In this document: positions 43,991 through 45,697 of the stretch, piece by piece
How positions within the stretch are numbered: position 1 is the first letter of the stretch
Layout: each line of letters begins with the position of its first letter
Assembly: GCA_048213135.1 (NCBI GenBank)
Contig: PS015038.1
Coordinates: 14,831 to 60,527, forward strand
DNA length: 45,697 nucleotides
Source: Reclinomonas americana ATCC 50394
Lineage: Eukaryota
Direction: 5' to 3'
Program-made: the position numbers and the translations under genes
Notes under the pieces: model-generated
What the model saw: the letters and a program-made list of their open reading frames with translations, nothing else
The model's database searches: none
What the model was told of the DNA's origin: nothing

Positions 43991-45697
43991 TCACTCGCGC
44001 ACCCGCGAGCCATCTCCTCCTGCACGGCACAGAAAACCAAGTGAGTGATTCGCAGCAAAAAAAGCCACATCAACAATGTACAAAGACACACGCACCCCTT
44101 CGGTACTTCTGCTTGGGGCTGTCGGCGCCGTCGTCGATCTCGCCCTCGTCACTCGGCTCACGCTCACGCTCCCGAGAGTGTTTCTGGAGAATGCGTGCGT
44201 GCGAATTCAGTGAATCTCGAGGTGAATAGCACCCGTGATCGCACACACTCACCCGCCCGGCACGGCCCTCGCTTTCCACTTCCATCTTCCGGGAGTCGGG
44301 CGAGCGCTCGCGACTGCGCTTCCGCTGCACAAAACGAAGGAAATTATTGTCAGTGTGAGCAGGCAGATAAAAGTCAGCACCGCACTGCACTCACCCTTGA
44401 CGGCGAACGCGATGACGTGCGCGAATCACGACGCCGGGAGCTGGAAAGCGAGGGCGACACCGAGCGGTCACGAGTCTCTGCGCCATTCTCTGCCTGTGCC
44501 CCGCTCTCACGTCTGCTCCGCAGCCGTTCCACGTACTCAGCAAATACCTTGGCCGCCACGGACTCTTCTAGGTGACGGTACGACGAGTGCCCTTCGAGCG
44601 AGGCCTTCAGTTCATCCTGCACGAGCCACCAATCAGCACGCAGCACACACGTGATATCGTAGATGCGCACAGCCTTCACGCAACATTCCATTCGTCTGTC
44701 TCGCGAATGTGCTTGCGCTTGAGGAGATCACGGAAACGANNNNNNNNNNNNNNNNNNNNNNNNNNNNNNNNNNNNNNNNNNNNNNNNNNNNNNNNNNNNN
44801 NNNNNNNNNNNNNNNNNNNNNNNNNNNNNNNNNNNNNNNNNNNNNNNNNNNNNNNNNNNNNNNNNNNNNNNNNNNNNNNNNNNNNNNNNNNNNNNNNNNN
44901 NNNNNNNNNNNNNNNNNNNNNNNNNNNNNNNNNNNNNNNNNNNNNNNNNNNNNNNNNNNNNNNNNNNNNNNNNNNNNNNNNNNNNNNNNNNNNNNNNNNN
45001 NNNNNNNNNNNNNNNNNNNNNNNNNNNNNNNNNNNNNNNNNNNNNNNNNNNNNNNNNNNNNNNNNNNNNNNNNNNTCCATGTCCTCCTGCATGCGCTTCT
45101 CCTGCTCCTTGGCCTTGTCGGCAAGGCGCTTCACCATCTGCTCAGCAGCAAAAATAAGGTGACTGACAATGGAGAGTGTCGACGCCAACCCCCGCTCTCG
45201 ACTATTCACAGACCTTGCGATGAATCCACGGGAGGTGAGCACGTGTGAGCTTGGGTGCATCTTCCGCAGCGAAAAAGGAAACAAAAGTGTCAAAGTCTGT
45301 ATCAACGGCAAACTCAATCTTCTTGTCCTGCAGTCGCACAGGTGTGAGTGAGTATGCAGCACATGAACGACAGGGAAAGAGAGCTGACAAACCTCCAGGT
45401 ACCGCTTGATGACCTTGGCTTCGTCGCGGGCGACCTTTTCGAGCTCATCCATAAAATCGCTGAACAGGTGGTGAGCAGATATCCTGCACGTGGTGGTGGA
45501 GTGAGATGAGATGAGTGAGCGGGATGCGCCTCGAAGAGTATGCACACGTGCACACGCAACTCTCGCTGCTCCTCCATGGCCTTGGTGGCCGGATGATCGG
45601 CAATGGTGGGCTCGAAATCGCGCCAGCGCGTGCTGAGAACGAGCTCGCCCGCCTCTTGCTTCTGCGTCAGGAGTTGCTGTGCAGCGAATCAACCGTG
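43991..45697 (-). CDS. PRP40: Pre-mRNA-processing factor 40 (PRP40/PRPF40), C-terminal FF-domain part; extends beyond the window
   Basis: GELVLSTRWRDFEPTI..HP...M, LFSDFMDELEK, FAVDTDFDTF, RFRDLLK....DEWN|DELK..LE...Y.....KVFAEYV (FF repeats), then an RS-rich tail and SDEGEI. Confidence 0.8.

Overview
Intron-rich, microsatellite-laden nuclear DNA of a microbial eukaryote, with several N gaps. The gene content points to a flagellated, aerobic protist whose mitochondria probably read TGA as stop. I reconstructed about 18 spliced loci by hand. Housekeeping or conserved genes: a PH-domain protein, an Air1/2/ZCCHC7-like zinc-knuckle protein, Misato/DML1, NDUFA1/MWFE, mitochondrial release factor 2, archaemetzincin, head-to-head RPL37/RPL36, an ACL5-type (thermospermine-synthase-like) aminopropyltransferase, a WD40 protein, a CPLANE2/RSG1-like GTPase and PRP40. 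There are also two hypothetical proteins and a non-LTR retrotransposon RLE fragment. Highlights: (1) a ~9-kb nuclease island at 10.6-19.8 kb holding a ubiquitin-like + CCHC knuckle + GIY-YIG gene, a Crinkler/CR-type NTPase-REase-HhH gene with no obvious Ubl header, and a small apparently circularly permuted GIY-YIG gene absent from the ORF track; (2) a large class of 5' splice sites of the form GTTGCG, a normal donor with one extra T, used almost only when exon -1 is not G; (3) an ATGCTGA start/stop overlap between archaemetzincin and mtRF2; (4) introns with a purine-rich 5' half and a pyrimidine-rich 3' half, and degenerate echoes of exon ends in the following intron. All family calls rest on motif recognition by eye; no database searches were run.
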